Origin: Phyllobates terribilis | Lineage: Eukaryota | Reading direction: 5' to 3' | Assembly (NCBI RefSeq): GCF_046119375.1 | Contig: NW_027362762.1 | Location: 391,530,001 to 391,594,000, forward strand | DNA: 64,000 nt | Part shown: in pieces, positions 37,617 to 50,932 of the stretch | Numbering within the stretch: the first letter of the stretch is position 1 | Layout of the letters: every line of letters starts with the position of its first letter | Made by a program: the position numbers and the translations under genes | Notes under the pieces: model-generated | The model's input: only the letters and a program-made list of their open reading frames with translations | Databases searched by the model: none | Told to the model about the DNA's origin: nothing

Positions 37617-40472
37617 GTAAGTGTTTCATGGACTACACTAAGAAGGTCTCAGAGAATATTGTATTAAAAAATTAGGTAAGTGTTCTCTATTATCTCACAA
37701 AATATTGAATAATAAATATGTGAAAACCATGTTCTCTTTCTGGTTCTGGTAGATGTTATTAAGGGTGGGATGACACATATTTGGTGGGAAAACAAAATGC
37801 ATATATTTTAGACAAAGGTTCTTAAGATAGTATATGAGCAACAATTTATGGCTGGAATCAGCCCACCTGCCTCTTAACAATACATAACTGTAATAAGCAG
37901 CATAATTACTATTTGTTAAAGAGCCAAAACGTGTATAGTAGTGCAACACTGATAATCTTCTGCATCAAAGGGAACTCACATAGTGGCGTTAGACAATAAG
38001 TTCTTGGAAAGTGGGTCCTCTAAGAATATGGGAGCCATAATCACTGCTATGGGGCATCCAGAAGAGAAATCTCTGAAGGGTAAAAAAGCGTCTGCTTTCT
38101 TCGTCATGCCGTTCACGACTTCTATAAATGTGAACCTACACTTGCCAATGCGAGTTTGCTAGGGAAGTCCTGCGAACTAAGCCACAAAATGGGGTGGTGA
38201 TTAGCAAAACCACATCGAAAAGTGGGTGTCTGGGGTTTGAGACACTGCCTAACTATCCTTAGAGAAAGCTTAAATGTTCAGAATTACTTTAAAGAGAACT
38301 TGTCATGTCATTTGTATAAGTTAAACTGTCCCCAGGTTGTTCTTAATGATGCAATGTGCATCACTGACGCGCTTTTTCCATGAAAATCAGTGCTATAATC
38401 ATTTTCCAAAATCACTTTATATACTTACAACTTACTTGCTCGTTCAGTGATAGGGGTGTCCTTTACTGTATTTAGTCATGCTGGTCGCCACTCAATTTGA
38501 ATTCTATTCCGCGCACTTTTCATGTATTAGCCAGCTTGCTCAGGGTGTTTGTGACATTGCGCAAGCGCAGATAATGTGTCAGGTTAACCCATGCTTGCGC
38601 ATTGTTCCTGGGGTCCCTGCCCGTGATTAGGCCATATATTACTAGTGGGTATAACAGAGGGATGTCGCATTATTGGGTTCTATGTGAAGATGATCAAATA
38701 TTTCCCATGACTGAAATGTCAGAAAAAATGACAAGTCATCTTTAAGAGTATTTTCTTAAAATATGGCAACCAAATAGTACCAAAACTATGCCCAAATGTT
38801 GTCTTCAAATAGAGTAGTAATTGTCCACATATTGTTGGCATTAGTAATGCAGTTTTACCCACAAAACCATGCGTTTTAATAGCCCTGTTTAGATTTCGTA
38901 AAAAGAATTCTAGATTCTGGACCAAAGCCCAAATTAAATTAATACCTCCAAACATACCTCTGACCAGATGCCAAAATCTGGGTATGAACAGAAGCGAGAC
39001 CAGACCCATAAATAATTTCAATCCCCAAACTAAATTCATACCCCAAACTTAAGGTGCAATTAAACTGAGATTATCGTGAACGAGGAACACCCGCTTCACA
39101 ATAATATTGCAGTGTTAACAGGCTGTCAATCACCCGATGAATAATCAAAACACTTGTTCCATGGGTGAAATGTTCTTCTGTTCTGCACAAAAGATCATCA
39201 TTTTCGGAAGCACATTATCCTGTGTAAACAGAATCTGTGCTGCCAAGAACAATGGCAGCCTATTATCGTTAAGCGCTGTCTGCCTGTGTAAACGGGCTAT
39301 TAAACAACTGGTCAATATTTACCAACGTGTAACACCACCGGTTGGTTTGTATAAATGAACCGTTAACCTCTTTGCTCTCATGCACATCCCTAACTCACAT
39401 TGGATGGCAACAGAAACCAATGTAACAGGTTCCAGAGCTTGGCAGCATGTTGGGTTCCCTTGTTCATGGATGCCAAGTTCGATCAGCTTTTATCTATTGT
39501 GTGTAAACTCAGTAGATAATGGTCAATTGAATGAAGGGCTGTGATATAGGAGGAGAGATTGCCACATGTTCTCCACCCTATACCACCCCTGCTTGCAACA
39601 GTAGTTGTAGTTGCACCCAAGTATATTTAGGTATCTTAAATAAGTCAAAAATGCATTGCTTTCAATAATCTCATCATATAGCTCTACCTCTGTTAGGACA
39701 TACTTTTATAATCAAGTGCTGTAAATTTATGACATGACTCGGTTATGGATGTGAGAGTAAGTGGAACAGTGAACCCTGGTGTCAATACACTTGTCACACA
39801 TACTATGTTACTCAAACTAAGCCCAAATTTTAAATACTATAAGTAAGACCCACTAGCTGAATTGGATAACAGCCCCCTTTCCACAAAATGATCAGCTGGA
39901 ATCAGCGTGTCACCCTTCCACTTTCTGCAGGTGATATTTTTTCAATACATTGGTCCCAATTCATGAAGGTTTTACTCCAGAAAACTGTCTTAAAAACCTT
40001 TAAAGACTCTCAAAATTTTTGCACAACGCGAGACTGAACAAAAAGATGTTGCGACTTTTGTCATTTTCACGCCATTTTGGCCCAGCTCTGACAAAGTAGG
40101 TGGAGCTGGGGCGGTGCATGGCAAATCCCTCCACACCCCCTTTATCGTCAAATTCATGACTGGATTAGGATGTGTGGAGAGGTGCACATAGAGACACACG
40201 CCAATTGGTGCATCGCCTGGTACATTAAGAGGCAGGGACATCTTATTGAATAAGGCGCTTTGCACTCCACTCTGTCTTGTGAAAAATGCCGGTCTTGATG
40301 ATTCGGGGCGATATTGATTCTTGCACATAGAGGTTTTTGGCAATGTTCCCACAATTGGCTGCAAATTTACAACAGATTTTTTTGCAAACTATATTGCCGT
40401 GCAAGTAAATAGGTTTTAAAAACCTCATTTACAAACTGTGGATTAATTAAAATTTGGTTTTAGCACTTGCTG

Positions 40473-42338
40473 CATAGTAACATAGTAACATAGTTTGTAA
40501 AGCCGAATAAAGACTTGCGTCCATCAAGTTCGACCTGTTAGTTCTGTAATTGCTAAAGTTGATCCAGAGGAGGGCAAAAACCCCCAAATGATTTGGCCAA
40601 TCTTCACCTGAGGAAAAATTCCCTCCCGACTCTGAAACCAGCAGTCAGAATAAATCCCTGTATCAACCTACTATTTTATTTTATTTTTAAGTATATGCTG
40701 AAATCTGCCTGGTATCTAGAAATGCATCCAGTCCCCGCTTGAACTGGTGTAGTGAATCCGACATTACCGTCTCCTCACTCAGTGAATTCCATATTCTCAC
40801 TGCTCTTACCGTAAAGAACCCCTTCCTATGCTGGTGCTGAAACCTTTTCTCTTCCAGTCTTAGTGAGTGCCCTCTTGTTACCGTAATATCCCTCCTTTTG
40901 AACAAATCTCGGGCAAGATATCTATACTGTCCCCTAACATATTTGTACACATTTATTATGTCCCCCCTCAACCTTCTCTTTTCCAGGCTGAATAGTCCTA
41001 GTTTTGCCAACCTCTCTGGGTATTGCAGTCCCTCCATTCCCTTTATTAATTTTGTTGCCCTCCTTTGTACCTTTTCAAGCTCATTTATATCCTTTCTATA
41101 TATTGGGGCCCATAACTGAGCACAGTATTCCAAGTGTGGTCTGACCAGTGCTTTGTACAGTGGAAGAACAATGTTCTCATCCTTTGCAGCTATACCTCTT
41201 CTGATACATCCCATTACCCTGTTTGCCCTTACAGCGGCGGCCTGACTTTGGGCACTCCAATTTAGTTTGCTATCAATCAAGATGCCCAAGTCCTTCTCCA
41301 TCTCTGAATTCCCCAATGATTTCCCATTCAGTGAGTACTGGTGACTTCCATTTTTCCTTCCCATATGTATGACCTTACATTTCTCCTCGTTAAACCTCAT
41401 TTGCCATTTAATGCTCCACCTACCCAGCTTATCCAAATCCCTCTGTAGGTCTGCACTGTCCTCTTTTGTATTAATTGTTTTACATAACTTTGTGTCATCT
41501 GCAAATATTGATATTTTACTATTTATCCCGTTGACTATGTCGTTAATAAAGATATTAAATAACATTGGGCCTAGTACAGACCCCTGTGGTACCCCACTAG
41601 TGACGCTTACCCAATCTGAGTATATTCCATTTATAACCACCCTCTGCCATCTATCCTTTAGCCAGTTAGCTACCCATTTGCAGACATTTTCCCCCAGCCC
41701 CATCATTCTCATTTTGTATACCAACCTATTATGTGGCACGCTATCGAACGCTTTTGAGAAGTCGAGATACACGACATCCACTGGTTCCCCCTGATCTACT
41801 CGAGAGCTAACCTCCTCGTAGAAGTCAATCAGGTTTGTTTGGCAGGAGCGATTCCTCATGAATCCATGTTGGTTCGGGATTAAAAGATTATTAGCATCAA
41901 GATGCTCCGTAATTGCCTCTTTAATGAAGCTTTCAAAAATTTTGCCCACAACGGACGTCAGACTCACCGGCCGATAGTTTCCGGCGTCACTTTTCGCTCC
42001 CTTTTTGAATATTGGCACTACATTTGCCTGTCGCCAATCAAGTGGCACAGACCCAGTCTCAACAGAGTCCTTAAATATAAGATATAACGGTCTGTCTATC
42101 ACATTACTTAGTTCCCTTAGTACCCGTGGGTGTATGCCATCAGGTCCTGGTGATTTGTTTATTTTAATGTTACTGAGGCGTTTCTGTACCCCAGCTTGGG
42201 TTAGATTTGTCATACTTAGTGGAGGATTAAGTTTGTCACTTCTCATTTCTCCTGTTAGTTCGATTTCCTTTGTGAAAGTTGTCGAAAAAAAATTATTTAA
42301 TAGATTAGCTTTATCCTCATCTTTCTCTATGATTTTGA
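40473..42338 (-). mobile_element. 5'-truncated CR1 LINE, antisense in LYG intron 3
   Basis: Open reverse-transcriptase frame, about 200-bp 3' UTR, and an 8-bp terminal repeat (TTACTATG)n at 40473-40494. Confidence 0.93.
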
Positions 42339-42357
42339 TGCTGCAGAAACATGGCAA
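40687..42357 (-). CDS. CR1 ORF2 C-terminal part (reverse transcriptase), uninterrupted but 5'-truncated
   Basis: KSPGPDG, NYRPVSLTS, YLDFSKAFD, GVPQGSVLGP and catalytic FADD motifs. The listed start Met is in flanking DNA. Confidence 0.85.
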   Translation of the reverse strand: MPCFCSIKIIEKDEDKANLLNNFFSTTFTKEIELTGEMRSDKLNPPLSMTNLTQAGVQKRLSNIKINKSPGPDGIHPRVLRELSNVIDRPLYLIFKDSVETGSVPLDWRQANVVPIFKKGAKSDAGNYRPVSLTSVVGKIFESFIKEAITEHLDANNLLIPNQHGFMRNRSCQTNLIDFYEEVSSRVDQGEPVDVVYLDFSKAFDSVPHNRLVYKMRMMGLGENVCKWVANWLKDRWQRVVINGIYSDWVSVTSGVPQGSVLGPMLFNIFINDIVNGINSKISIFADDTKLCKTINTKEDSADLQRDLDKLGRWSIKWQMRFNEEKCKVIHMGRKNGSHQYSLNGKSLGNSEMEKDLGILIDSKLNWSAQSQAAAVRANRVMGCIRRGIAAKDENIVLPLYKALVRPHLEYCAQLWAPIYRKDINELEKVQRRATKLIKGMEGLQYPERLAKLGLFSLEKRRLRGDIINVYKYVRGQYRYLARDLFKRRDITVTRGHSLRLEEKRFQHQHRKGFFTVRAVRIWNSLSEETVMSDSLHQFKRGLDAFLDTRQISAYT

Positions 42358-42663
42358 ACTTCAGCATTGACTTAACTCTTTCATATTACAGAGGGTGAAA
42401 TCTGAGATCAAGTCCACATGAAAATCTGTTTCCAAACGTAGATGCGAATGCCGCAGATTTTTATTAGTGATTTTGTTACAGATACACAATATATCCATCC
42501 TGTGTGGACATAGTCTTTCTGAATGGTAACTATTGAGCCAGTTGCTCTCTACTTCTGGCTATTTCTTTCCTCTTTCCCTTTGAGGCAACATTTGGAAGCT
42601 TTATACTAATGTATATGAAAATACAGAACTGAACGTTCTCTTCTGATATTCATAATTTTAAAG

Positions 42664-42863
42664 GTATTGCTGCTTCAGAGAAACTAGCGAGAACAGATCT
42701 GGGCAGAATGAACAAATATAAAGGGACGATACAGTCAGTGTCTGTGGAAACTGGAATGGATGGTGCTATCATTGCTGGAATTATATCTCGTGAGTCACGT
42801 GCTGGAAACGTTCTAGATTCAAGGAAATATGGTGACCATGGAAATGCATTTGGCCTCATGCAG
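42664..42863 (+). CDS. LYG: g-type lysozyme coding exon 3 (catalytic Glu)
   Basis: tttaaag|GT ATT... IAASEKLARTDLGRMNKYKGTIQSVSVETGMDGAIIAGIISRESRAGNVLDSRKYGDHGNAFGLMQ|gtaatt, 200 nt. ISRES catalytic Glu codon at 42792-42794. Confidence 0.95.
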
Positions 42864-44849
42864 GTAATTATTCAGCAAAGCAGAGGAAACATCTAAATGG
42901 AATTAACCATCTATTAATTCTGATAAGCTCATAATTATTGAACTCATTCAAGAGAGAACCAGGGGTTGGGGGAGTAAGCTGGTGGTCCATTTTCATTGGG
43001 TACTGGCTGCCAAGGATTTGCCAACAATCCTTGGCCAAAGTATTTAGATACATAGCTTGGGTTGCAAATGTAACATTTACCCCACGTGAAGAAAAAGCCA
43101 AACTAGTATTCTGAAGTCATTGTCTCTCTGTGAGTCTATGTGTGCAACCTTTGCCCATGATGGCATGGACTAAGACGGCAGGTGTCAACTGTATTTTACA
43201 GTCAGGATCCATAGATAATTCCACTCACAGTAACATAACCCCTTATTGCTGCAGTCAATAGTTACTGTGGCATCTAAGTGATTAACAAAGGCATGGGTTC
43301 CATCTGTACCCCGGTGACTCCGCTGCTTTGCGATCACTGGCTACCAGTGGGTTAATATGGCAGCTGAAATCCTACCAATGACCTCCAGATATGCCAAAGG
43401 CAAGATCCTAAATGATGAAGTCCTAATTATTGAAAAAGAAAATGGAAGAAATAACATAAACATATAATTAGTATTGCCTTTTCCAGAGCAACTCAAGCTA
43501 TAAAATTATCACATTGTGGTTAACAGAATAAACAATACAATGCAGAATTAGCTTTTTTTTTGTTACCTCTCCTCTCAAAATAGGAATAAAAAAACTACCA
43601 AAAAGTTGTAAGTAACCAAGATTGTCAACTTAGCCCAGAAAAATTAAACCATCAAACAACTCTGTCATCAAAAAAAGAAGAAAAAAGAATGTCCCTCACA
43701 AAATGGTGACCTGAAGACATAATTTTTGTTTTAGATTGTTTTATTTCTGTGAATGTAATCAAAACATGTCATTTATAACATATCATGAATGCTGGAAAAA
43801 TAATTGACAAAAAAGGACATTAAATCCAAACAGTATCAGAGAAAAAAGTCATTATTTACCGATACCTTGTCACTCGGATTGGTGTGAATCATTTCACAGG
43901 ACCCAATCCAGTGGCTATGTCTTAGCCTGTGGCTGTGGGACAAGAGCCTTGATAGTCACCTCATACCCCCTGGCACCTGTGGACTTTTCATTAGACTGCG
44001 CGGTGCAACGTCACAGGTACGTCATACCTCAATGATGACGTAACAACAGGCCAATGAATCAAAAGAAGAGCCGGGGATGCCAGGAGGTAGGAGGCAGTTC
44101 TTGGGACTCTTGTCCAGCAGCTTACTGACTCGGCTGCGGGACTTGATCCTGTGACTCGATTTCTACCAGCTTTACTGATCACAATACCAATATATTGCAG
44201 AATACCGATAGGCCCCCATGATAAAAGGCAGAGGCAGCAAAGGTGCAAAATACTAATAAACAACCACTCACTGATATGCAAATTATAGTAAAATGGAAAC
44301 AAAATTTGCAAAACATCTCAATTTATTGAGTATGAGAGCCATACACAGAAATACACACTTATTACACACCTTGCCATGCAATCAATGTGGTTAGTAATGG
44401 TTGTCTGTGAGTGGCATGCATGGCCTAAATTACCATGATCTGCACAGTCTATGGACTTGTCCCAAATGTGCACGATGGGAGACGTCATTGGTCGGAAATT
44501 GCAAAGTTTGCTGCTAGCAGTTGATCTTGATGATTTGGGTGCCCAAGTGCATTCAGCGTGGCAGAACATTCCTCAGGCAATCATTAGTAACCCTCAAAAA
44601 ATAATTTTTTTTTATTTATAATCGCATTAAAAGCGGGAAAGAAAACACAAATACCCCTAATAAAGACTAATTAGTACACTCATAGTCACGGCATTACCGA
44701 AAGAACAAAAAGGTCCGCTGTTACAGGGAGCCAGAGGTTCAATGAAGTCCCATAAAATAATAGCCCAATATCAGACCCAGGAATGTGCTAAATGACAAAA
44801 GTGATAAACAATACATAAAGTGATTATGTGCATATAAAAACATCAGATA

Positions 44850-47800
44850 TACAAATTCCACAGGGGGCTGTGCACGGGCAATCGCCACCAGGTGTCAGCT
44901 GATTCTGACAGCTGATACCTGGGACACAGTGCCAGGCACCTCTCTCTGCACTTTAACCCGCTAAATGTTGCGATCACAGTATTTAGGGAGCAGGCAGAGG
45001 AAAGAAAGCCCCTCTGCCCCTGGATCGGAGACGACGTCATTGTGGGGTCCCGATCGTTGCTATGGTGACCCATATCATCATAACGACATCTGGTTCACCA
45101 GAGCTAGCAACTTTGTGTGTCAGTGCAGCACTGACAGTTTATAAGGCATAGGAATGCTCCTGCATCCCTATGCTTTATAAGCGATCAGGCTGAAAAAAAT
45201 GAAAGTACCATAGTGGGACAAAGTAAAAAAGTTTAAAAAAATTGTAAAAATGTTAAAAAAATTAATTACAAAATAATTTAAAAAAAATCTATCTATCTAT
45301 CTCTATATATACTGTACCCATAAATAAATATTTTTCTGAAAAAAAAAAAAAATACACATATTTGGTATCGCCGTGTCCGGAACGACCTGACCTATAAAAT
45401 TGTAGGACTAATTAACCCCTTCAGTGAACACCGTAAAAAAAAAAACGAGGCAAAAAACGATGCTTTATCATGATACCGCCGAACAAAAAGTAGAATAAAA
45501 TGTGATCAAAAGGACGAATGTAAATAAAAATTATATCTCTGAAAACGTCATCTTGTCCCGCAAAAAACAAGCCACCATACAGTTCTGTCAGCGGAAAAAT
45601 AAAAAAGCAATAGTTCTCAGAATAAAGCGATGCAAAAATAATTATTTTCTATAAAATAGTTTTTATTGTGGATAAGACCAAAACCTAAAAAGACTATAGA
45701 AATGTGGTATCTCTGTAAATATACTGACCCGAAGAATAAAGCTGCATTATCAATTTTACCATATGCGGAATGACATTAAAAAAAAAATATGAATTGTTGG
45801 TTTTTGTGTCATGCTGCCTCCTAAAAATCAGAATAGAAAGTGATCAAAAAATGTCATGTGCCCGAAAATGGTACTAACAAAAACGTCCCTTCTGAGCCCC
45901 AGTGTGCCTAAACCACATTTAGCACTCACATGTTTGACATTTCTGTAGCGATGAGAGCCCGTCCTAATTTACAAGTGCATGTCTCCAGAAGTATGAGCTG
46001 GGCACTTCAACATACTGGTCACTACAACATACTGGTCACTACAATGGCAGATTGCAATTTTCACTCAGCAACATCCTCTGCTGCGTGTTTCTGAAAAAGA
46101 CCCATGGAGTCAAAGTTGTCACTACACCTGTAGATAAATTCCCAAAGGGGTAAAATCTCCAAAATGTTGTCATTTGAGGGGGGATTCTGCTATTCTAGCA
46201 CTTAGGGGTTCTGTATATGGAGTCTGCATACTATTCTAGAAAAACCTGTGCTCTAGGAGGCAAATAGCACTCCATCCCTCCCGAGTCTCGCCATGTGGCA
46301 AAGCAGTACTGTACATATGGGGTATTTCTACATTCAGCGGAAATTGTGGGACAAATTTTGGTGCAATTTTTACCCATTTCCCAGTGTGAAAATGTAAAAT
46401 CTGGGGCTAATACAAAATTTTGGTAGTAAAAATGTAATTATTTTTTCCTTCACTGCACAATGGTATAAAATTCTGTGACCCACCTGTGGTGTCAATATGA
46501 TCACTGCATCCCTAGATGGATTCATTGAGAGGTGTAGTTTGTAAAATGGGGTCTCATATGGGGGATCTGCTGTTCTGGAACCTCAGGGGCTCTGCCAATG
46601 TGACATGGCACCCTCAAACCAGTCCAGCAAAATCTGAAATCTAAAATGGTGCTTCTTCCCTTCTGAGCTTTGAACTGTGCCTCAAAAGTAGTTTTGGACC
46701 ACAGATGGGGTATCGGCGTACAAAGGAAAAGTTGCACAGCAAAGTTTCTCCTGCTCTCCTTGTGAAAATGAAAAAATTTGGGCCTAAAACATAATTTTTG
46801 TGGGAAAATATATTTTTTAATTTTTACAGATCCACGTAAAATTCTGTGAAGCACCTGTGGGTTCAAGGTGCTCACTACACATCTAAATAAATTCCTTGAG
46901 TGGTCACTTGTGGGGGTTTTCCACTGTTTAGGCACATCAGGGGCTCTCCAAACGCAATATGACACCCGCAGACCATTCCATCAAAGTCTGCTTTCCAAAA
47001 CATCACGCCTTCCTTTCTTCGCCCAGCTCTGCGTTTAAACAATAGTTTCCCCCTATATATGGGGTATCTGCATGCTCAGGAAAAATTTTCACGGCTCTAC
47101 ATTATGAACTTCTGTGAAGCACTTGATCTAGATAAGTTCCCTGAGGGGTCTAGTGTCCAAAATGATGTCACTTTTGGGGCTTTCCATTGTTTAGGCACAT
47201 TAGGGGCTCTCTAAATGCAACATGGCATCCGCTAATTATTCCAGCAAATTTTGCATTAAAAAAGTCAAATGGGACTCCTTCCTTTTCAAGCCCTTCCGTG
47301 CACCCAAACAGTGTTTTTTCCTCACATATGGGGCATCGGCATGCTCAGGAGCAATTGCACAACAAATTTTGGGGTCTATTTTCTCCAGTTACCCTTGTGA
47401 AAATTGAAAAATTTGGGTCTAAAGTAAAATTTTTATGAAAAAAATGTTCATTTTTTTTTCCACATTTCATTAATTCCTGCGAAGCACCTGAAGGGTTAAT
47501 AAACTTCTTGAATGTGATTTTGAGCACCTTGAGAGGTGCAGTTTTTAGAATGGTGTCACTTTTGGATATTTTCTGTCATATAGACCCCTCAAAGTCACTT
47601 CAAATGTGATGTGGTTCCTAATAAAATGGTTTTGTAAATGTTGTCGTAAAAATGAGAAATCGCTGGTCAACTCTTAACCCTTCTAACTTTCTAACTAAAA
47701 AAATTCTGTTTCAAACATTGTGCTAATGTAAATTAGACATTTGGGAAATGTTATTTGTGAACCATTTTGTGTGAAATAACTCTTTGATTTAAGTGCAGAA

Positions 47801-48042
47801 AAATTGAAAGTTTGGAAATTGCTAAATTTTCCAAATTTTCACCAAATTTCCATTTTTTTCACAAATAAACGCAAGTCATATCGAAGACATTTTACCACTA
47901 CCATAAAGTACAATATGACATAAAAAAACATTCTCAGAATCAGTGGGATCTGTTGAAACATTCCAGAGTTATTAACTCTTAAAGTGACAGTGATCAGAAT
48001 TGTAAGATTTGGCCCGGTCATGAAGGCTCAGGGATGAAGGGG
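44850..48042. mobile_element. piggyBac-like non-autonomous element (left end approximate), related to 27335-29805
   Basis: Right end GAAGGGG|TTAA; about 390-bp internal units; terminal roughly 800 bp similar to 29000-29805. Confidence 0.7.
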
Positions 48043-48549
48043 TTAAACACACACTTTGTGAGTTAGACAGTCATAGTTAAATGTCTGAATTTTGAAGAAT
48101 TTTCTTTGATAACAAATCAACAATTACCCCCACCTCACCTTCACAAAAACGATTGCAGAAGAAATGCAAGAACTCAGTGCAGTTGCTGGTGACAAACAAG
48201 CACACTGTCTGACATTGATTTAATTTATTTTTTTTCAGTGAAAACTATTGTGCTGTCTTGCTTCTGTTTCTTAGTGCATTACAAATGAAAAAAAAAGAAA
48301 AACATTTAATTGTAATCCTAATGCAGTAGGCCAAGTGCCAGCTACCCCCTATCACTGATCAATCACATTGAGTCTGGCATGGGTGCTTGCTCCTCTCCTA
48401 TTGTTTTCCTCCTATTAATTTAATTTCTCTATTATCCAAAGACGACTTCTTCAGTACTGCAATTATAAAAGATAATACTGTCTGAACGGCTTTCTCTTCC
48501 TATCTTTATTGCTGAGCTGTGAGCTATGACATTCTCTCACTATGCTATA

Positions 48550-50932
48550 CAGGTGCATCTCACTAAATTAGAGTATAATCAAAAAGTTAATTTATTTCAG
48601 TTCTTCAATACAAAAAGTGAAACTCATATTATGTAGAGTCATTACAAACAGAGTGATCTATTTCAAGTGTTTATTTCTGTTAATGTTGATGATTATGGCT
48701 TACGGTTAATGAAAACACAAAAGTCATTATCTCAGTAAATTAGAATACTTTATATCAACAGCTTGAAAAATGTTTTTCAAATCCAAAATGTTGGCCTACT
48801 GAAATGTATGTTCAGTAAATGCACTCAATACTTGATCGGGGCTCCTTTTACATCAATTACTGCATCAATGCACGTGGCATGGAGGCGATCAGCCTGTGGC
48901 ACTGCTGAGGTGTTATGGAAGCCCAGGTTGCTTTGATAGCAGCCTTCAGCTCATCTGCATTGTTGTGTCTGGTGTCTCTCATCTCCCTCTTGACAATACG
49001 GGGTTAAGGTCAGGCGAGTTTGCTGGCCAATAAAGCACAGTGATACTGTTGTTTATAAACCAGGTATTGGTACTTTTGGGAGTGTGGACAGGTGCCAAGT
49101 CCATCTCCAAAAAGCTTGTCGTCAGAGGGAAGCATGAAGTGCTCTAAAATTTCCTGGTAGATGGCTGTGCTGACTTTGGTCTTGATAAAACACAGTGGAC
49201 CTACACCAGCAGATGACATGGCTCCCCAAACCATCACTGATTGTGGAAACTTCACACTAGACCTCAAGCAGCTTGGATTGTGTGCCTATCCACTCTTCCT
49301 CCAGACTCTGGGACCTTGATTTCCAAATGAAAATTGGAACTCTGGGACCTTGTGGAGTGTGTCAATGACTGCCTTCTGGACATCTGTCAAGTCAGCAGTC
49401 TTCCCCATGATTATGGAGCCTACTGAAACAGACTAAGGGACCTTTTTAAAAACTTAGGAAGCCTTTGAGGGTGTTTTTTTGTTAATTATTTAACCCCTTA
49501 AGGACCAGAGCATTTTCCGTTTTTGCTTTTTCTTTTTTTGCTCCCTTTGTTCCCAGAGCCATAGCGTTTTTATTTTTTGGTCAATATGGCCATGTGAGGG
49601 CTTATTTTTTGCGGGACGAATTGTACTTTTCAACGCCATTACTAGTTTTACCATATCGTGTACGGGAAAACAGGGAAAAAATTCCAAGTGCGGTAAAATT
49701 GCAAAAAAAGTGCAATACCACAGTTGTTTTTTATTTATTTTTTTTACCACGTTCACTGAATGCTAAAACTGACCTGACATTCTTATTCTCCAGGTCATTA
49801 CGAGTTCGTAGACACCAAAATGTATAGGTTCTTTTATATTTAAGCGGTGAAAAACAAGTCCAAAATTTGGTAAAATTTTTTTTTAAAAAATAGCGCCACT
49901 TTCTAAGACCTGTAGCGTCTCCATTTTTTGGGATCTTGGACTGGGTGAGGGCTTATTTTTTGGGGTAGATCCGATGTTTTGATCGCCCGTTATTGCATTT
50001 TATTGCAACTTTGCGGCGACCAAAAAACGTAATTCTGGCATTTAGAATTTTTTTCTCGTTACGCCGTTTACCATTCGGATTCTTTTTTTATATTGATAGA
50101 TCGGGCGATTCTGAACGCGGCGATACCAAATATGTCTATGTAGGTTTTTTTTTTTTAGATTTTATTTTGAATGGGGCGAAAGGGGGGTGATTTAAACTTT
50201 TATATTTTTTTAATTTTTTTTATATTTTTAAAAACTTTTTTTTTTCACTTTTTGCTTGCTTCAATAGTCTCCATAGGAGACTAGAAGCAGCAACTATCCG
50301 ATCGCCTCTGCTACATACAGGGGATCAGCAGATCCCCTGCATATAGCAGAATTGGTCCTGTGCTATGAGCACCGACCACTAGGTGGCGCTCATAGCGACC
50401 AGCTCATGACAACCACAGGCGTCTGCTGCAGACCCTGGGTTGTCATGCCCACCCATCGGTGACCCGCGATCGCGTGACGGGGTCGCCGACGGGCGGGGCT
50501 TAGGACGCGCTTCCCAGAAGCGCGCGTTAAATGCCGCTGTCGGAGATTGACAGCGGCATTTAACATGTTAACAGCCGCGGGTGGATCGTGATTCTACCCG
50601 CAGCTGTTGCGGACACATGTCAGCTGTAAGAATCAGCTGACATGTGCTCGGTTCAGTGGGGGCTCAGTGCAGCAGCCCTCACTGAACCGGGGGATGCAAT
50701 TTGTGCGTACTAAGACATCATGGGTTGCAAAGGGGTTAAATTTACTGAGATAATGACTTTTGTGTTTTCATTGGCTGTAAGCCATAATCATCAACATTAA
50801 CAGAAATAAACACTTGAAATACATCATTCTGTTTGTAATGACTCTATATAATATATGAGTTTCACTTTTTATATTGAAGAACTGAAATAAATTAACTTTT
50901 CGATGATATTCTAATTTAGTGAGATGCACCTG
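48550..50932 (-). mobile_element. Tc1 family A copy 2, deleted, interrupted by a piggyBac-like insertion
   Basis: TA|CAGGTGCATCTCACTAAATTAG...CTAATTTAGTGAGATGCACCTG|TA. Confidence 0.92.
49494..50735. mobile_element. 1.24-kb piggyBac-like element inserted in the Tc1 TIR
   Basis: TTAA|CCCCTT...AAGGGG|TTAA; Tc1 TIR sequence resumes exactly on each side. Confidence 0.88.

Noticed and set aside
38719-39039. 106-aa minus-strand ORF, possible Penelope or GIY-YIG remnant
   Set aside because: No convincing motif in any frame.
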